In this document: piece by piece, positions 60,296 through 64,000 of the stretch | How positions within the stretch are numbered: the stretch's first letter is position 1 | Layout: the number at the start of each line of letters is the position of its first letter | DNA from: a virus | Taxonomy: Duplodnaviria; Caudoviricetes | Virus record (IMG/VR): IMGVR_UViG_3300042544_003937 | Coordinates: 1,325-65,324 of that record | Direction: 5' to 3' (one strand) | DNA: 64,000 bases | Translations under genes and position numbers: made by a program | The notes under the pieces: generated by a model | Seen by the model: only the letters and a program-made list of their open reading frames with translations | What the model was told of the DNA's origin: nothing | Databases searched by the model: none

Positions 60296-62081
60296 TCCAT
60301 TTTTGCATTCCACAGTCATAAATTTTATTGTATCCAAGTTCAGACATGATTTTTGATTCACTTAGTTCTGGATTTGCACCACCACTTACTAACTTATCTT
60401 TTCTATAATTGAATCTATGCTTTCTCAAACCATCAACTATATAATAGTAATTTGTGTCAGATAAATGCGAAAATTCGAAGCCAAGTTTTTTGTAAAGGTT
60501 TCCAGTTGAACGACTATAATCACAAAAACTAATCACAGTTTTTGGTGAATATTTTTTGATGAAGTGTGAGAATAATTTAGAAGCACCTCCAACAATAGTT
60601 AAACCAATTTTATTAGAAAATCTAAGAAGCTCCCAACTATTGTCACTATTATTATAACCTAAAGATTTTCTTAGGCTTCCAAAAGTCATCAAACTTACTA
60701 ACTCGCCCTCATAAAATAAACCTAATTTTATTTTTGAACCAACAAATCCTTGTAAGTGATTCTTTTCTAAAAATTCTCTGGTCAAATCGTTACCAATGAT
60801 TTTTATTTCACATTTTCTTGCAAAAATTCTTTTTGTAGTTAAACCTAATTTATTTGAAATGATGGATTTAACTATCTCTCTCTTATATAACCAATCATCT
60901 TCCCAAATATGAATCAACTTAATATCATTAGATTCAAAGAACTTTGTTTTATCTAGATGGAAATTATTCGATTTATGTAGATTAGAATGCCAATATAATC
61001 CATTATATTCAAATCCTATTTTCAATTCGGGTATGTAAATATCAATCTCTCTTCCTTCTAATCTGAATCTTTTTATTATTTCTCCAAAATAAATGGATTC
61101 TATAAATTCATAAACTTCTTCTTCAGCACCTGACTTTCCAACATTCAAAGGATTACAATTCAGGCAAATTTCTAAATTGGAATTTTTTCTATGAACTAGA
61201 AGTTGTCTTGTTATATCAAAATCTTTATCACATTGACAACAATGTATTTTGATGTAGGACTCTGTTTCATTTTGATTATACTTTCTATCTATATAAGTAA
61301 GATTGCTTGGAAGAATTTCAACAATCTTGCCAGTTATTTTTGATTTATAACTTTCAACTCTCTTTTGAATAATTTCTTTGGCTGATAAGTGATGTTCTGT
61401 TCCAAACTTTCGTAAAGAAGATTCTCTAATTTTTTCATTTCTATGTCTATTGAATTCTTCTAATGAGCCGAAATTTTCAATTATTGTTTTTCTCTTTTGA
61501 TTTTCGATTAGTAATTTATCTTCTTCTGTTTTATTTAAAAATTTTTCTTTTCTTGTATTATTTATTTCTTCTTTTGATGGATTTTCTTTCCAAGATTGTA
61601 GTGACTTTTCACTTATTTCGGAGTTTTGTTGTGCCCACTCAACACCCCACTTTTCCAGCATAGTTTCCTTGAATTTCGTTTTCACCTCTTCATCGAGCAT
61701 ATAATGTTTACCATTCCATTTCTCTAAGATGTTAGCCTTTTCCTTTTCAATAATTTCTGCTGACTTTTTCGGATTATCTACACCCCATTTCTTTATACAA
61801 GTTTCCTTTCTTGACTTTACAAAACATTCTTTTTTTCCACAAGTTTTTCTATATCCATTCTTGAATCCAATGAAGCTAAGATGTGAACCACACTCACAGT
61901 TTAATGCTAACTTGATGTCATTGACAAGATAGTAAATTTTTTCAGATAATTGTCTATCTTGTATTTCTTTAGGAATATTGGAATTTATAAAATCTAAATA
62001 TTCATTGTGATTCTTAACAAAAAGAACAAGTGATCCAATGTTAGATGTTTTATTTATAATTTCTTGAAGTGTCGTATTCAT
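60282..62081 (-). CDS. Hef-like homing endonuclease 3
   Basis: CECG, KWGVDNP repeats, EIDIYIPELKIGFEYNGLYWHS, IWEDDW, ELLRFSNK...GGASKLF...D...TGNLYKKLGF. Confidence 0.8.
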   Translation of the reverse strand: MNTTLQEIINKTSNIGSLVLFVKNHNEYLDFINSNIPKEIQDRQLSEKIYYLVNDIKLALNCECGSHLSFIGFKNGYRKTCGKKECFVKSRKETCIKKWGVDNPKKSAEIIEKEKANILEKWNGKHYMLDEEVKTKFKETMLEKWGVEWAQQNSEISEKSLQSWKENPSKEEINNTRKEKFLNKTEEDKLLIENQKRKTIIENFGSLEEFNRHRNEKIRESSLRKFGTEHHLSAKEIIQKRVESYKSKITGKIVEILPSNLTYIDRKYNQNETESYIKIHCCQCDKDFDITRQLLVHRKNSNLEICLNCNPLNVGKSGAEEEVYEFIESIYFGEIIKRFRLEGREIDIYIPELKIGFEYNGLYWHSNLHKSNNFHLDKTKFFESNDIKLIHIWEDDWLYKREIVKSIISNKLGLTTKRIFARKCEIKIIGNDLTREFLEKNHLQGFVGSKIKLGLFYEGELVSLMTFGSLRKSLGYNNSDNSWELLRFSNKIGLTIVGGASKLFSHFIKKYSPKTVISFCDYSRSTGNLYKKLGFEFSHLSDTNYYYIVDGLRKHRFNYRKDKLVSGGANPELSESKIMSELGYNKIYDCGMQKWIRHF

Positions 62082-62154
62082 AATGTTATATATTTAGAAT
62101 CGGTGTTTTTGTCCATCAAATAATTTAATATATATAGAAAATTATCTTAAAATC

Positions 62155-62913
62155 ATGAGTCAAATAACTATTGAGGAATTTATTGATTTAATTCAATCAG
62201 ATGTAACAGTGGGTGGTGCTTTACCAAAAAATTTACCAGACCACTCAATCAGACAATTTGTTGAAACAAGAGCCGCAAAATGGTTTTGGCAAAATTATCA
62301 ATATGCTGTCTCCAAAATGTATTATCTTATTAATAAAGAAGCATTCAGCACCGAAGAATATACTAATTATAGATATTTGGAACTACCCTGTGAGATTCAA
62401 TCAATAACTTGGATTTATAAACTAAGTAATCAAAATTTACTTCAATTAGGTATAAACGTTCCTAACTTGTCTGTAAATCTGGGTGTTACTAATCAACCTT
62501 ACCTCTCTTCGTATGTAACCACTATTGGTGAGTTGGGTATCTACAAAACACAAATAGATTCGATGGCAGATATGTTGAATCAATTAAATTTATATACAAC
62601 CAAGTTTCACTTCAATCAAATAACTCATAGATTAAATATTTTGACAAATGTTGAACATCACTTAATTTTAGAAGCTTATGTGAATATACCTCTTGAAAAT
62701 TTGATGGCTGATCATTATTTTTTGAGATATTGCACTGGGTGGGCTAAAATGCAACAAGGTAGAATGTTGGGACATTTTGATTTTACGTTACCGGGTGGTG
62801 TAAAGTACAATTCCTCTGAACTTGTTTCAGACGGAAAAGAGGAAATGCAAAAGGTAGAAGAGGAATTGAAAAACATGAGTACTAGCTCGTTCCTAATAAT
62901 GGTGAAGAGGTAG
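62155..62913 (+). CDS. Neck protein (T4 gp13-like)
   Basis: RYCTGWAKMQQGRMLGHF..TLPGGVKYN...DGKEE...EEEL. Confidence 0.85.
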   Translation: MSQITIEEFIDLIQSDVTVGGALPKNLPDHSIRQFVETRAAKWFWQNYQYAVSKMYYLINKEAFSTEEYTNYRYLELPCEIQSITWIYKLSNQNLLQLGINVPNLSVNLGVTNQPYLSSYVTTIGELGIYKTQIDSMADMLNQLNLYTTKFHFNQITHRLNILTNVEHHLILEAYVNIPLENLMADHYFLRYCTGWAKMQQGRMLGHFDFTLPGGVKYNSSELVSDGKEEMQKVEEELKNMSTSSFLIMVKR

Positions 62914-62940
62914 GTTACGGACAAAATTATAAAAATTAAA

Positions 62941-63306
62941 ATGAAATATTTAAAAAAGTTTAATGAATCAATAGAAGATCAGGGTTTCGAAATATCCTCT
63001 CACGAAGCAAGGAATAAAACTAGAAGTCTATTTAATTCTCTGAGTTTCACCGATGAAGAGTATGAAGAAGTTGATATAGTTTTGAATTCTTATGGGTTCA
63101 AAGAAATGACTACTCGACCATCTTTTTATAAAGGTCAAACTTATCTAAAAAGCAAAGAAATGGAGATATACTTAGATAAATACGATGATTATTGGTATTA
63201 TGTACTTTATTATGAACATTATAATGCAAACGCAATAATTTGTAAGTGTAGTGAATTTAAAGGATTGATTAATGCTCTTCATTATATAGGTAAAAATTAT
63301 GGATAG
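62941..63306 (+). CDS. Hypothetical protein with MKYLKKFNES tag
   Basis: 121-aa ORF; K..DYWYYV...CKC..F.GL. Confidence 0.7.
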   Translation: MKYLKKFNESIEDQGFEISSHEARNKTRSLFNSLSFTDEEYEEVDIVLNSYGFKEMTTRPSFYKGQTYLKSKEMEIYLDKYDDYWYYVLYYEHYNANAIICKCSEFKGLINALHYIGKNYG

Positions 63307-63308
63307 AT

Positions 63309-63485
63309 ATGCCAGCAAAAAGTAAAAAACAATTAAGATTGATTTGGGCAATCAGAGGAAAGTATAAAACCAAAACTAAGACTCCAAAGAAATGGAAGTG
63401 GGTTTGGGGTGAAGAATGGACTCACTTACAAAAAGAATCAGTAATTCTGAAATTTAGTGAATTTATAAATGAAAAAAGGGGATAA
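63309..63485 (+). CDS. 58-aa basic protein (MPAKSKKQ...) with C-terminal ILKFSEFINE tag
   Basis: Below the ORF-track cutoff. Translation: MPAKSKKQLRLIWAIRGKYKTKTKTPKKWKWVWGEEWTHLQKESVILKFSEFINEKRG; fills the gap before a terminator. Confidence 0.75.
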   Translation: MPAKSKKQLRLIWAIRGKYKTKTKTPKKWKWVWGEEWTHLQKESVILKFSEFINEKRG

Positions 63486-63502
63486 ATATCCCCCTTTTTT
63501 TT
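63472..63502. terminator. Bidirectional intrinsic terminator
   Basis: AAAAAAGGGGATA-AA-TATCCCCCTTTTTTTT between convergent genes. Confidence 0.8.
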
Positions 63503-64000
63503 AAAACCATCTAACAGATTCAAAAGCTGATAAGTCTTTTCCACCTGCATAAGAAATTGCTGATTGTAGACATTCTTCAAGATAAATCATTTCTTCGAGT
63601 AAAGTTTTTGGTTTTAGATCAACCAAATTTTTAATCCCTTCGATTCGATTCTTTTTTCCTGATTGGAAAGCCGAAGCACTTCCCCAAAACTCTTTATACT
63701 TCTTACCAGAAACCTCTACAATTGAGCCTGGTGAATCTTCAAAGCCGGATAACATTCCACCTATCATAACCATAGAAGCTCCTAATACAAGAGATTTTGC
63801 TATATCCCCGGGTGTTCTAATCCCACCATCTGCGATGATTGGAACTCTGGAACTTGTTGAACAATCTAAGATAGTTGAGGCTTGACAATTTCTCGAACCG
63901 AAACCAGTTGCGGGAAAAGTTGTGCAAGCACTTCCTGGTGATACACCAACTTTTATTGCATCAGCACCCCACTCTTCTAAATCTTCAACAGCATTTACAG
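63501..64000 (-). CDS. guaC: GMP reductase (IMPDH/GMPR family), 5' part outside the window
   Basis: Minus frame reads GADAIKVGVSPGSACTTFPATGFG...PIIADGGIRTPGDIAKSLVLGASMVMIGGML...EFWGSAS...LQSAISYAG. Confidence 0.85.
   Translation of the reverse strand, partial: VNAVEDLEEWGADAIKVGVSPGSACTTFPATGFGSRNCQASTILDCSTSSRVPIIADGGIRTPGDIAKSLVLGASMVMIGGMLSGFEDSPGSIVEVSGKKYKEFWGSASAFQSGKKNRIEGIKNLVDLKPKTLLEEMIYLEECLQSAISYAGGKDLSAFESVRWF

Noticed and set aside
403-62924. Many short antisense or nested ORFs in the track (e.g. 403..612, 1470..1718, 17158..17508, 36723..37007, 55018..55305)
   Set aside because: They lie within longer well-supported genes and have no recognisable motifs.
1-64000. Stop-codon reassignment (TAG or TGA recoding as in some jumbo phages)
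   Set aside because: Genes are full length and densely packed in the standard code; TAG ends complete genes (4932, 62913).
1-64000. tRNA, rRNA or other structured RNA genes
   Set aside because: Intergenic gaps are short and AT-rich and no cloverleaf was recognised by eye; tRNAscan-SE or Infernal would be needed to exclude them fully.

Overview
AT-rich segment of a large T4-like (myovirus) jumbo phage genome read in the standard genetic code; the host is probably a Bacteroidota. Positions 1-27 kb hold a block of modular Ser/Thr-rich fibre and appendage genes, a SET-domain gene, a tape-measure-like gene and a very large baseplate gene. The rest interleaves, on both strands, T4-core morphogenesis genes (tail tube, sheath, gp26/gp51-like, gp25, gp15, gp13, small and large terminase) with gp47, gp44, gp55, a PolB-like exonuclease, ferritin, ClpS, a HAD protein, GMP reductase and three Hef-like endonucleases. 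Most notable: (1) the large terminase is split into two genes by an atypically split intein in Walker A (54-aa IntN, 150-aa IntC, Thr+1); both halves carry extra amphipathic arms, and a probable endonuclease relic lies between them; (2) a short K-x-F-[EN]-[ENS]-F-like tag recurs on about 14 unrelated proteins at N-terminal, internal and C-terminal positions (candidate capsid-targeting signal); (3) a small-residue-T-x-S motif is dense in predicted outer virion proteins (candidate modification sequon); (4) the Hef-like nucleases carry a C-terminal Mom/GNAT-like domain; (5) a TAATATATA box precedes most genes. All calls come from reading motifs by eye; no database search was run.
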